From Shigella phage ESh25, in the sequence record ON528735: a stretch of DNA of 64,000 bases. One strand, written 5' to 3'. The position numbers and the translations under genes are program-made. Positions within the stretch are counted from its first letter, which is position 1; the number at the start of each line of letters is the position of its first letter. The notes below the pieces were generated by a model. The model did not search any database and was not told the DNA's origin. It saw only the letters and a program-made list of their open reading frames with translations. Shown here piece after piece: positions 10,000-19,188 of this stretch.

Positions 10000-12056
10000 T
10001 ACATTTTGAACTTTTTAGACATTCCGTTGATGTTAACCAAAGAAGCTAAGATTTGAGAAACTTCGCTTTCCTCTTCTTTTGATTCTTCTACAAGGAATTG
10101 ATTAAATCCAGCCATTGGACGAAATTCACCAGTTTCCATTAGATGGTCGCCATCATATACTGATTCTTCTAATTGTTCAGAAGGAGGAACGATTGTACCT
10201 TCGATTAGATACTTATTATAAGCAGTTTCTTTCATAAAGTAAGTACTTACTTTATTAATCTTCAGTAAAATTCCACGTGGTAGAATAACTTCAGCTTCTG
10301 ATGGAAATCCTGACAAATGACCTGGAACGATAACTTTAACTCGTTCAGCTCCTTTAATTACCATACCCACGCTAGTTTCTGCATCTTCATTAGCATATGT
10401 AGAATGACTACCCATATGCATCAAATCTTCTGCATCAACGGAACCTTCTCCTTCACCAGAAAATACTGCGCCGGAATCATCTAGAGCCATATAGTTTTTA
10501 CCATGCTCACCGAAGATATTTGGTTTAAGCGATGTGGATACGAAGTTCTTGAAATAGAACATTTTGTTTTCAATGTTATGACGCAAAGTTTTAAATGTAA
10601 CTTCTTGTCCACGGTAAAGTGTAGTTCCTGGAGGAAGAACTGAACCTTTAGCGAATGCAGAATCAAGCGTCTCGATGTGCTTAATAGCACGTTCCATATA
10701 TTCTTCACGGGTAGAATCCGGTTTACCTAAAAGGAACGAGTTCATTTCAACATATGAATCTGCGCAATAATCTTCAATTACATCAGACTCAGCCTGAGTC
10801 AATCCTTTTGGAGTTACTTCAGTGCTTGCATATTCATACGCCTGAGCAGCGGATTCATCAATTAATTTATAAATTCCATTCATTACAAATTGAATAATAG
10901 CTGTCTTTTCATCTGGCGTAGCTTTAGAACCTTTAACTAAATCATTGATAATTTTCTTAATAACATCAAAACTATTAGAAATATTAATATCAGCAAGATC
11001 GCTTAAAATTTTATCAGTTTTATAATCAAAGAATTCTTTATTCTTTAAATATTCTTGAGAACCTTGATATGTTATATCGCTCTGCAACTTGATAGATGGA
11101 TCACGTAAACGTGCATGGGCTAATGCAATATGATTTCGGAAGCTTTCTAGTTCATAATCGTTAGATTTAAAACGAGAAGCACTTCTCATACCACCGATAG
11201 CTCCTTTGCTGAAGTTTGAACCAATCTGAATAACGCCAGAGTTCATTGGTCCTTCTGCTTTATATACCGGAACTTTAGATTCAAACTCTTGATATTTCTT
11301 AGCAGCGAAGCTATCACCCTGAAGTGAAGCATCAACAGTAGAATATTGAGCTTGTGCTGCTAATCGACGACTAATTTTAGTTTTCTGAATAACAGCTTGA
11401 TCCGTACGCTTATCATTTTCTAAAGCAATAGAAGCAGCAACTGCGACAGCTTTAGGAACAGCATTACCTGTTTTAACGTCTACATAAACATCACCGACTT
11501 TCGATTCAACTTTTGTGAATAACTCAGTTGAAATAGGAGGTACACCTGGAATGTCTTCTAAATTGGCATTTTTACGGTAAACCATAATATATGCATATTT
11601 CTTATCATAGTCCCAGATTTCCTTTAAAAGAACATATCGACCTGCTCCTTTAGTACGTACTAAACGGTCAGCAATAACTTGCATTTGACGAGCAGCGCCG
11701 TTTGTTTTACTTTTTAGTACGCGGAATAGGCATGCATCAATTTTATACTGTTTCATTGTTTGAAGAGCAGTATCAAAAACCGCATTAATGACACCAATTG
11801 GATTTCCACCCAAGTTTTTAAGCTTAACTAACGATAATTTCTCGTTGACGCCTATCATTACGATATGCATCATTTTGTCGCCTGGCTTAACGTTTTTATT
11901 CGTATCACCGCCAGAGGTGTATGTACAAAATCGAAATCCAGGAAGAACGCTTTCTTCACCGGCTTGAATAGCAAAAATTTGAGGTATTTTATGCTTAGGA
12001 TTTAAGTTAACAACCGGCGCCGAAGCGCCGTCAAATAATTCTGTAATAAGTTCCAT
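9999..12056 (-). CDS. Alt-family ADP-ribosyltransferase paralogue (685 aa)
   Basis: C-terminal R-S-E ART triad (YRGQ, FVSTS, EAEVILPRG); N-terminal ~230 aa similar to the adjacent alt; divergent middle. Confidence 0.8.
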   Translation of the reverse strand: MELITELFDGASAPVVNLNPKHKIPQIFAIQAGEESVLPGFRFCTYTSGGDTNKNVKPGDKMMHIVMIGVNEKLSLVKLKNLGGNPIGVINAVFDTALQTMKQYKIDACLFRVLKSKTNGAARQMQVIADRLVRTKGAGRYVLLKEIWDYDKKYAYIMVYRKNANLEDIPGVPPISTELFTKVESKVGDVYVDVKTGNAVPKAVAVAASIALENDKRTDQAVIQKTKISRRLAAQAQYSTVDASLQGDSFAAKKYQEFESKVPVYKAEGPMNSGVIQIGSNFSKGAIGGMRSASRFKSNDYELESFRNHIALAHARLRDPSIKLQSDITYQGSQEYLKNKEFFDYKTDKILSDLADINISNSFDVIKKIINDLVKGSKATPDEKTAIIQFVMNGIYKLIDESAAQAYEYASTEVTPKGLTQAESDVIEDYCADSYVEMNSFLLGKPDSTREEYMERAIKHIETLDSAFAKGSVLPPGTTLYRGQEVTFKTLRHNIENKMFYFKNFVSTSLKPNIFGEHGKNYMALDDSGAVFSGEGEGSVDAEDLMHMGSHSTYANEDAETSVGMVIKGAERVKVIVPGHLSGFPSEAEVILPRGILLKINKVSTYFMKETAYNKYLIEGTIVPPSEQLEESVYDGDHLMETGEFRPMAGFNQFLVEESKEEESEVSQILASLVNINGMSKKFKM

Positions 12057-12059
12057 GAT

Positions 12060-14156
12060 TTATCCTTGAACGAACTTGTAAGGCATGTTTGTAATATCTA
12101 TGCAAGACGCAATAATTCCAAGAGATGATTCTACTTTCTGTTTAACGTTTGATGAAACAAATGATGCAAAGTCAACTCTGTCTTCTATTTCAATATCACC
12201 TGTCATTGCAACTACTTCACCGGTTTCCATTAAATGGTCTCCGTCATAGATTACCGATTCGGTGAGCTCTTCCGTGGTCATAACTTCAGCTTGAATGAGT
12301 TTTGTATTATTAGATGTTGTTCCGTCATTATTAGAAGCATCAGTTATTTTATTAACTTTGACCATCAATCCACGCGGTAGAATAACTTCAGCTTCTGTTG
12401 CTATTCCGAGACTTCCTGGATATACAACATTAACTTTATGAGCTCCATCAATTGCCCATCCTATTTGAACTTTAACGTATTCAGGATTTTCTTTATACGC
12501 TCTTATTTCGTTTGGATTAATAGTTATTCCTTCTTCATTTTTATCAACTGTTAATTCATTGCGAGCTTCTGGTTCTAAAAGACCAATACCAGCATGTGTG
12601 ATTCCAAAACGTCCAAAAATGATAGGAGTTAAAGAAGTAGATACAAAATTTCTGAAGTAGAACACTTTATTTTTAACTAACGCTTCATATATAGGAGCAG
12701 TCATACTTTGAGCACGATAAACTGTAATGCCTTCTGGTATACGGTCACCATTTTCAAAAGCTGAATCTAAGTTATTTATAGCAGATTCAATTTCTTTTTC
12801 ACTCATTACATCATATCGTTCTGGATTGTAGCGGCCTAAAAGAAGATTATTGATGTCAGTATATCCTGAACCGCAATATTCTCTAATGCCACGCTTTTGC
12901 GATGGAGTATATTTAGAACCATCACGGGCAATAGTAATATCAATCATTGGACCTGCACCAATTCCGGAAAAGCTATAAATCATTCGTTTGAGGAATTTAG
13001 TTTTTGCTGCGTTCCAAGAATTTTTAGTTATTTCTTCCCAGACTTCATCTGGCTGCCCTTTACGAGTTTTATTATGTTTATCAAGCCAATTATCTTTATA
13101 TTCTTCAAAGAATTGATTAACAGCTGCTGCGTATTTCTCTAAACATTTTATTGAAGTAGTTGGTTCATTTTTAATCGCATTAAGAATTACATCTTTAATT
13201 TTTTCAGAAACTTCATTAACCTCACTTTTTGAAAAGAATTTATAGTCATAGTGAAGTTCATCTGCAGTTCCTTCGGCAATAATTTTTGCTGCCTTAGTTT
13301 TAGAAGCTAATGAATTAATTCCAAGCTTCATTTCTTCTGCTTCGGGAATTAAAGGAGCGGTAGCAGGTTTATTAAAATTAGCTGCTGTAGATTCATACTT
13401 CTGGAATAATTCACTTTCAAATCTAGAAGATTCCAATGATTGACTTTGCGCAATTGCTCTACGGGAAATTTTAACTTTAACGATTACAGCTTGGTCAGAA
13501 CGTTTATCATTTTCTTGTGCAATAGATGCTGCAATTGCCTCATTTTTAGTTACTTGAGCTCCAGTATCTTTATTGATATAAACATCACCAACCTTCGATT
13601 CAACTTTAGTAAAGAGCTCGGTACTAATTTCAGGAACTCCTGGAATGTCTTCTAATGATACGTTTTTGCGATGTATAAGAATATATGCATACTTTTTATC
13701 GTAATCCCAGAGTTCCTTAAGAAGGACGTATCTGCCACCTGAACGACTACGGATAAGTCTATCAGCAATAACTTGAATTTGTCGAGCTTGGCCAGCAGTT
13801 TTAGACTTAAGAATACGAAGCATACAAGCATCAATTTTATATTGACGCATTGTTTGCATTGCAACAGTAAAAACTGAATTGATATAATTAATTGGGCTTG
13901 GACCAAGACCTTTTAATTTAGCAATTGAACCTTTAGCAGTTAATGTAAAAGGAACAATATGCATCATTTTATCGCCCATCTTTAAATCACGATTAGTATC
14001 ACCTCCAGATGTATAGGTACATAAACGAAAGCCTGGTTGTTCAATTGCATCATCAACATGAACTGAAAAAATTTGCGGTATTTTCTTCTTTGGATTTAAG
14101 TTTGTAATCGGAAGAGTAGTATCTTCGTCAAATAATTCTGTAATAAGTTCCATCAT
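12060..14156 (-). CDS. alt: Alt ADP-ribosyltransferase (injected internal head protein that modifies host RNA polymerase)
   Basis: 698 aa; R-S-E motifs YRAQ, FVSTS, EAEVILPRG; late promoter upstream; T4 position between 54 and 30. Confidence 0.85.
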   Translation of the reverse strand: MMELITELFDEDTTLPITNLNPKKKIPQIFSVHVDDAIEQPGFRLCTYTSGGDTNRDLKMGDKMMHIVPFTLTAKGSIAKLKGLGPSPINYINSVFTVAMQTMRQYKIDACMLRILKSKTAGQARQIQVIADRLIRSRSGGRYVLLKELWDYDKKYAYILIHRKNVSLEDIPGVPEISTELFTKVESKVGDVYINKDTGAQVTKNEAIAASIAQENDKRSDQAVIVKVKISRRAIAQSQSLESSRFESELFQKYESTAANFNKPATAPLIPEAEEMKLGINSLASKTKAAKIIAEGTADELHYDYKFFSKSEVNEVSEKIKDVILNAIKNEPTTSIKCLEKYAAAVNQFFEEYKDNWLDKHNKTRKGQPDEVWEEITKNSWNAAKTKFLKRMIYSFSGIGAGPMIDITIARDGSKYTPSQKRGIREYCGSGYTDINNLLLGRYNPERYDVMSEKEIESAINNLDSAFENGDRIPEGITVYRAQSMTAPIYEALVKNKVFYFRNFVSTSLTPIIFGRFGITHAGIGLLEPEARNELTVDKNEEGITINPNEIRAYKENPEYVKVQIGWAIDGAHKVNVVYPGSLGIATEAEVILPRGLMVKVNKITDASNNDGTTSNNTKLIQAEVMTTEELTESVIYDGDHLMETGEVVAMTGDIEIEDRVDFASFVSSNVKQKVESSLGIIASCIDITNMPYKFVQG

Positions 14157-14176
14157 AGCCTCTCTAGTGTTTATTC

Positions 14177-14184
14177 TATTTATA
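14177..14184 (-). promoter_or_regulatory. late promoter TATAAATA upstream of alt
   Basis: Minus strand TATAAATAG about 20 nt before the alt ATG; Alt is a late, packaged protein. Confidence 0.55.
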
Positions 14185-14189
14185 AAATT

Positions 14190-14206
14190 AAAGGCCCGAA
14201 GGCCTT
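14190..14206 (-). terminator. hairpin terminator (GGCC-UUCG-GGCC plus U-rich tail)
   Basis: Directly after the stop of the 62-aa ORF; followed on minus strand by TTTAATTTTAT. Confidence 0.5.
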
Positions 14207-14394
14207 TAGTAATCTAGTGGTAAGAGAGTACGATATATTTCAAACTTTGGTCCTTTTTCATAGGCATCAAATGTTTCTGTAAATTTATTATAAGCGTATG
14301 CATCTACAAATTCGAGAATGACTTGTGATACAGAAGTAGAAACATCTCCACCTTCTTTTTGAGCAATGACAATTGTTTCTAAGTAAGCTTTCAT
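14206..14394 (-). CDS. hypothetical protein (62 aa), alt.1 position
   Basis: Start overlaps the ligase stop. Confidence 0.55.
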   Translation of the reverse strand: MKAYLETIVIAQKEGGDVSTSVSQVILEFVDAYAYNKFTETFDAYEKGPKFEIYRTLLPLDY

Positions 14395-15854
14395 AAACCA
14401 GTTACCTCATGAAAATCACCAAATACATCCTCGAATGTATTAGCTTTAGTTTTATCTTCACGTAAACGAATCGCAATCGGAAGAAATAATTTAACGTAAT
14501 CAGTGCGGCCATCAGATTTTAACCAACCGTTGCATTCGCACTCTAGAATTTTTCCAATATAATAATTTTGGTTTTCCATAATGCGAGTACGGTCAAGTTC
14601 ATGTGATTTTACGCCGGCTTTGTCTTTTAAGCCTGAACCAGCATTTACCTTAATTTTTCCACACTCTGACTCAAGAATAAATCCACCCGCTTTAGTAGGG
14701 TCTTTACGGTGAGGATAAATTCCTACAATTTTTAAATCAACATCAATTACTTCTTTAAATTTATAAAGATTTTTTGAACGAGCATTTTCCCATAATCCAT
14801 CGATATTTTTGAGAATAATACCTTCAAGACCTTGGTCAATATACTTTTTATAAATTACCTTAGCTTCATCTAGGTTATTTACTACCTGGTTTTCAATTAA
14901 AATTACTTTATCATAACCTGATGTCATTTGTTCTAGTTTAGAAAAACGTACATCATATTTCAAACGAAATGCAGGAAGACCGTATATTTCTACCAACGGG
15001 ACATAATCCCAAACCTGAAACTTCATGCATTGAGCTTCTTTTTCAGAAATGGTTCCTTTTAAGGATTTATTGGCGATTCCATTAGAAGTAGTACGAGATT
15101 CCGCTACTTCGGCGAATTCTTTAGCTTTACTAATTTCAGGATAAGCATTAAAAAGAAAATCTAGGCCTTCTGGTTCCTTTTTAACTTGCTCATGGTATAC
15201 CAATTCGCCATCAATTAACACACCTTCTGGATGAATCTGGCGGGCTTCAGCAGTCATTTTGATTAACTCTTCCTTAAGAAGATCTAATCCTAGATATTCA
15301 TTACCAGCTCGTGATAAAAGACGAACATCATCTAATTCATCGCCTCGGACTTCAGCAAAACACCGGGCTCCATCTGCTTTTAACTGCGCAAAGGCTGGAA
15401 ACTTGATATTCTTACTAATGCCCTTTTCATCATAAGAACTTGCCAGCATTTGAGGTTGTTCAGGAATTAAACCTGGCCAAACTTTGTTTGCAATAGATAC
15501 TGAAGCACCGCATTCAAGGTCTCGCATCATCACTCGACGCAAAACTTCAACATCATCCTTTTTACCATCAGTGATATATCCAGTTAATTCCTCAATTGCA
15601 GCATTTCCAGTCAATTTCCGAGTAGCTAACGTGAATTCAATGAAATCAAGCATATCGGTAATGGTCAGCATTCCAAAACTCTGGGTAGCAATACCAGGTT
15701 TAGGCCATTTCTTGATATAATACTGTAACCCACGAGAATAAGTCAGACGATATACTCGTTTAAGCAATTCATTATCTTTATTCTTTTCAAGAATTGCTTG
15801 CTTCTGCTTAGTTGATCCAATAGATGCTATTTCATTCAGAATTTTAAGAATCAT
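14391..15854 (-). CDS. 30: ATP-dependent DNA ligase gp30
   Basis: 487 aa, same as T4 ligase; KADGAR adenylation motif. Confidence 0.95.
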   Translation of the reverse strand: MILKILNEIASIGSTKQKQAILEKNKDNELLKRVYRLTYSRGLQYYIKKWPKPGIATQSFGMLTITDMLDFIEFTLATRKLTGNAAIEELTGYITDGKKDDVEVLRRVMMRDLECGASVSIANKVWPGLIPEQPQMLASSYDEKGISKNIKFPAFAQLKADGARCFAEVRGDELDDVRLLSRAGNEYLGLDLLKEELIKMTAEARQIHPEGVLIDGELVYHEQVKKEPEGLDFLFNAYPEISKAKEFAEVAESRTTSNGIANKSLKGTISEKEAQCMKFQVWDYVPLVEIYGLPAFRLKYDVRFSKLEQMTSGYDKVILIENQVVNNLDEAKVIYKKYIDQGLEGIILKNIDGLWENARSKNLYKFKEVIDVDLKIVGIYPHRKDPTKAGGFILESECGKIKVNAGSGLKDKAGVKSHELDRTRIMENQNYYIGKILECECNGWLKSDGRTDYVKLFLPIAIRLREDKTKANTFEDVFGDFHEVTGL

Positions 15855-16120
15855 TGTTCATCCTTCAGAGTTTGATTTACAGCTCTATTATAAATCAATT
15901 CATCATTAAGCTCAGTTAAAGACCTATGATATGTAGTTCTAACTTTATTTCCTTGCATCCAGTGCTTGATATAAATGAAACCTTGCTCTACACATTTTTT
16001 AAAAATTCGTTCGTCTTTTTGAGCTCGGAATTCTGGATTGCATCTAAAGAATTGATTTACGTGACCGTAATCACGCGTAGTATTACCTTCATTTTCATAA
16101 ATAGTGTGAACGACAAACAT
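15851..16120 (-). CDS. hypothetical protein (89 aa), 30.1 position
   Basis: Overlapping start/stop with neighbours. Confidence 0.6.
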   Translation of the reverse strand: MFVVHTIYENEGNTTRDYGHVNQFFRCNPEFRAQKDERIFKKCVEQGFIYIKHWMQGNKVRTTYHRSLTELNDELIYNRAVNQTLKDEQ

Positions 16121-16959
16121 TAGAATGCTCCTTGGAAAATATTATCACCACAAGTAGGTCTATTATACAAATACTCTATGCCACCAGGTTTAATATAGTT
16201 CCATGTCTGAAACGGATGTGTCTGATATGGATGATATAGATGATTATAAGGATTAAACCCAGGAGTTCTCCAGGTAGTGTTCCAAGGAAAAGAATCATTT
16301 TTAATCATCTTTTCAATTACATCTTTTATAGCTTTTTCACTATCAAAACTTTCTTTATTTTCCTTCGGTGAAAAAAGTTTATTTTCTACATCATTCCATG
16401 TATAAACTCGCTGCGCAGTTTTTGGAATATTGTCACGCTCTCCTCGAGCCATCCAATAAACAGGAACATTTAATATTTCACTCGCATGATCGCAATGATG
16501 CGCGAGATCGTCAATATAACAAATTACGTTATATTTCTCTTTTGCCTTTTTGAACAACTCTTCTTTTGAAGAATCATGACCACACATCAATACTTCTGAG
16601 AAGGCACCAGGAAAAAGAGCATTCAAATTAAATTGACGATTTAGCAGAGCGTCAATAGAATCACCCAATGCTGTAACAGCTACAAAATTATAATCTTCTT
16701 TTAATTTGTTAATTACACACAGGGCATCTTTATACGGAGACAAATAGCGAATAAAATCTGAACGATTATACTTTTCGATTAATTTAACACCAAGTTCTTC
16801 ATCGCAATTAAAGAGCTTACCAGGAGAAATAAATTTTTCGTCCTGAATCATTTTTAAAATATGTTCCAACGGAAGATTATATTTTTGGGCAAAATAAGGA
16901 AGACCTGATTGCCAGCTTAAACATACACCATCAATATCAGTCAAAATAGTAGGCTTCAT
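16120..16959 (-). CDS. HAD-superfamily hydrolase-like protein (279 aa), 30.2 position
   Basis: N-terminal ILTDIDGV (HAD motif I) and later YIDDLAHH (motif IV-like). Confidence 0.6.
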   Translation of the reverse strand: MKPTILTDIDGVCLSWQSGLPYFAQKYNLPLEHILKMIQDEKFISPGKLFNCDEELGVKLIEKYNRSDFIRYLSPYKDALCVINKLKEDYNFVAVTALGDSIDALLNRQFNLNALFPGAFSEVLMCGHDSSKEELFKKAKEKYNVICYIDDLAHHCDHASEILNVPVYWMARGERDNIPKTAQRVYTWNDVENKLFSPKENKESFDSEKAIKDVIEKMIKNDSFPWNTTWRTPGFNPYNHLYHPYQTHPFQTWNYIKPGGIEYLYNRPTCGDNIFQGAF

Positions 16960-17420
16960 AGAGAGTCTCTTAATAGGTTTAACACATCAATAAATTCAGC
17001 TTCGGTTAGTATTGTATCATCTTTTGTTAGACTACTAGCCATGCTGTGCTTCAAAACTTTTCCTTTCGAGGCTTGTAATGCATCACGAAAGCCCTTGTTT
17101 TGAATCGCTGCCTCAAAATACGCATTTGTGTATAATTCTTTCCACGCTGTAGAGTATCTTGAAAACGGAACTCCGAGCCAGAAGAGGGTCCCACGGTCCT
17201 GAGCTCTAGCATAAGACCTTCCAGCTTGTTGGGCGGCAAGCCCGGATAACCCAAATACACGACGCTGCTGTTCAACATTTTTCACCTTACATCCTTGGAG
17301 GAATCCTTCGAGACCTCCAAATTGGATACCATCCATAACAAAAGGCCATTGGGCGAAATTACTTAATGCGCATGATGGCCATTTAAAATTGCTTCTAATC
17401 TCTAACTCAGACATTTTCAA
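16956..17420 (-). CDS. NADAR/YbiA-like domain protein (154 aa), 30.3 position
   Basis: ALSNFAQWPFVMDGIQF...LEGFLQGCK resembles the E. coli YbiA core DFSNFAAWPIKVDGKTW...SEHYFQAQK. Confidence 0.5.
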   Translation of the reverse strand: MKMSELEIRSNFKWPSCALSNFAQWPFVMDGIQFGGLEGFLQGCKVKNVEQQRRVFGLSGLAAQQAGRSYARAQDRGTLFWLGVPFSRYSTAWKELYTNAYFEAAIQNKGFRDALQASKGKVLKHSMASSLTKDDTILTEAEFIDVLNLLRDSL

Positions 17421-17613
17421 TACTTATAATTTCAACATCAGCCCAATGACCATAGCAAGGAAGACGAAATTCAACTGGCCAGTTAGGGTCCTTTTCTAAT
17501 ATAATAGACTGAACTTGTGGCTCTTCATATTCATCGGTATACGGACCTTTATACGTTACTTTATATGTGACCTTAATATACTGAATTCCAAAAATCTTAT
17601 TAATTATATTCAT
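17407..17613 (-). CDS. hypothetical protein (68 aa)
   Basis: ORF in operon-like array with overlapping ends. Confidence 0.5.
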   Translation of the reverse strand: MNIINKIFGIQYIKVTYKVTYKGPYTDEYEEPQVQSIILEKDPNWPVEFRLPCYGHWADVEIISIENV

Positions 17614-17807
17614 ACTAATTCCTTTAATCCGTAAATAGGAGATAATTCATCGCCCATACGAAGGTCTTCATTTCCATCTACCCAGGAAACAATATAAGCC
17701 TCTTTTATTTGAATACCACTCCATTTAAATGGAGGTAGAACCTTAGAAATTAATCCAGGTATACCAACTCCCTTTAATTCAACAGTTTGACCTAAAAAGA
17801 ATTTCAT
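17610..17807 (-). CDS. hypothetical protein (65 aa)
   Basis: ATGA-type overlap with neighbours. Confidence 0.5.
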   Translation of the reverse strand: MKFFLGQTVELKGVGIPGLISKVLPPFKWSGIQIKEAYIVSWVDGNEDLRMGDELSPIYGLKELV

Positions 17808-18145
17808 TAGAACCTCATCTGAAAACCGTGCGATTTAACATTACCGCCACCAATATCAGAGATATTAATTTCGCGCGCAATTGAAGGGTCAATGTCAATT
17901 TCACGATTGAGTTTAGTGATAGCTAAAGTATCGCGCCCATTTACAGTACGGAACTCTAAAGGGCAGACTACATTAACGTAGTTTTTAATCGATTCACTGG
18001 TAGGTTGCAAATGAGCAGGAAGGTCTTTAGGCGCCTTTGAGAAAACAACTTCACAGAAATTTTTGCGGGTATCAAAATAAGTAGTCATAAACATAATATT
18101 TTCCTCAGTAAGGGGCCGAAGCCCCTGTTTTATTTTAAATATCAA
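17807..18145 (-). CDS. hypothetical protein (112 aa; possibly starts at internal Met, 18094)
   Basis: GC-rich UUCG hairpin at 18107-18122 lies inside the track N-terminus, suggesting the later start with GAGGAAAA Shine-Dalgarno. Confidence 0.5.
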   Translation of the reverse strand: MIFKIKQGLRPLTEENIMFMTTYFDTRKNFCEVVFSKAPKDLPAHLQPTSESIKNYVNVVCPLEFRTVNGRDTLAITKLNREIDIDPSIAREINISDIGGGNVKSHGFQMRF

Positions 18146-18500
18146 ATTCGTTAAGAACTACATCAAAGATTGCTTCAAGATGCTCAGGTTTAGCTCTGTT
18201 ACTCAGAATATGACGAATCCAAGTTTTAACCAAAAGCTTGCGATTATCACCATTCCAGCAAGGATGAGTCCCTAAATCGCGTTGACGAAAATCATCATCC
18301 AGAGCGATTTTGAAGTTTGAACCTTCCATTGTGATTGAAACCGTGATGCCATTTTCAAATCGCATATAAACGTAGTTAGGAGTCATATACTGTTCAATTT
18401 CGCATACTGATCCATTTTGATGTTTCCAAAGGCAGATAGTATCAATAGAACCTGCAATACCATTAGAAACATATTTACGTTCAAAGTTGATGTAGTTCAT
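18135..18500 (-). CDS. hypothetical protein (121 aa)
   Basis: GGAGAA Shine-Dalgarno; early promoter upstream. Confidence 0.55.
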   Translation of the reverse strand: MNYINFERKYVSNGIAGSIDTICLWKHQNGSVCEIEQYMTPNYVYMRFENGITVSITMEGSNFKIALDDDFRQRDLGTHPCWNGDNRKLLVKTWIRHILSNRAKPEHLEAIFDVVLNEFDI

Positions 18501-18537
18501 TTTTATTCTCCGAGATGTTTAATTGCGGTACAGGTAT

Positions 18538-18566
18538 ATAATATCATATCCTGTACCAAAGTAAAC
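18538..18566 (-). promoter_or_regulatory. early promoter with embedded inverted repeat
   Basis: GTTTAC, 17 nt, TATTAT; inverted repeat GGTACAGG/CCTGTACC brackets the -10. Confidence 0.5.
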
Positions 18567-18568
18567 AA

Positions 18569-18901
18569 TTATTTTACTACTTTCCAGTGCTTCATGTCAA
18601 GTTTACCAACTTTTTTCATCTTCTCAATTAAGCGTTCGGCACGTTGGCGAGCTGTAACATAATACCATTCGCCTAATTCATTTTGTTCAATTTTTCCAAC
18701 GATTACTGTATTCAATTCATAAATCCAACCAGTAAAGAAATTATGAACTTGAATTGTAAAGGTGAAATCTGTTCCCATACCTTCTGTTGTTTCTACTTCA
18801 ATAATATCACCTTCAACTGCCATTAAGAACCACATAGTTTCATCATATTTACCATTGAAGCATTTAGTTTTAACTGTAGCGTTCAGATTAATCGTTTTCA
18901 T
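18569..18901 (-). CDS. hypothetical protein (110 aa)
   Basis: AAGGAG Shine-Dalgarno; own promoter. Confidence 0.55.
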   Translation of the reverse strand: MKTINLNATVKTKCFNGKYDETMWFLMAVEGDIIEVETTEGMGTDFTFTIQVHNFFTGWIYELNTVIVGKIEQNELGEWYYVTARQRAERLIEKMKKVGKLDMKHWKVVK

Positions 18902-18926
18902 TTTATTCTCCTTTGTTTGTGTAAGA

Positions 18927-18956
18927 TAATACTATCACAAAGGAACCATACTGTAA
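18927..18956 (-). promoter_or_regulatory. early promoter with inverted repeat that overlaps the downstream Shine-Dalgarno
   Basis: GTTTAC, 18 nt, TAGTAT; inverted repeat CCTTTGT/ACAAAGG, the 3' arm overlapping AAGGAG. Confidence 0.5.
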
Positions 18957-18977
18957 ACAACTTTATGCAATCTTTGG

Positions 18978-19006
18978 AAAATAAAAAAGGACTCCCGAAG
19001 GAGTCC
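18978..19006 (-). terminator. rho-independent terminator
   Basis: Perfect 7-bp stem GGACTCC with UUCG loop, followed on minus strand by TTTTTTATTTT. Confidence 0.75.
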
Positions 19007-19011
19007 TCAAC

Positions 19012-19188
19012 TTATGCTTTCTGCTTACCAAAACGAGAAGCATCATCTCGAAGAACCGCACGTGCTCGGCGCATGATCTTCTCAACAGTTTGATTGATAC
19101 GAGAGTTCGACCCACGCTTGTAGCCAGCGCGTTTAGAATCACCAACTTTCTTTTCAACTGCTTTCTTTGCTTTAGCTTGTTTTGCCAT
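19012..19188 (-). CDS. small lysine/arginine-rich basic protein (58 aa from MAKQ; track gives a 72-aa extension)
   Basis: Highly basic composition; start ambiguous between 19188 and 19230. Confidence 0.5.
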   Translation of the reverse strand: MAKQAKAKKAVEKKVGDSKRAGYKRGSNSRINQTVEKIMRRARAVLRDDASRFGKQKA

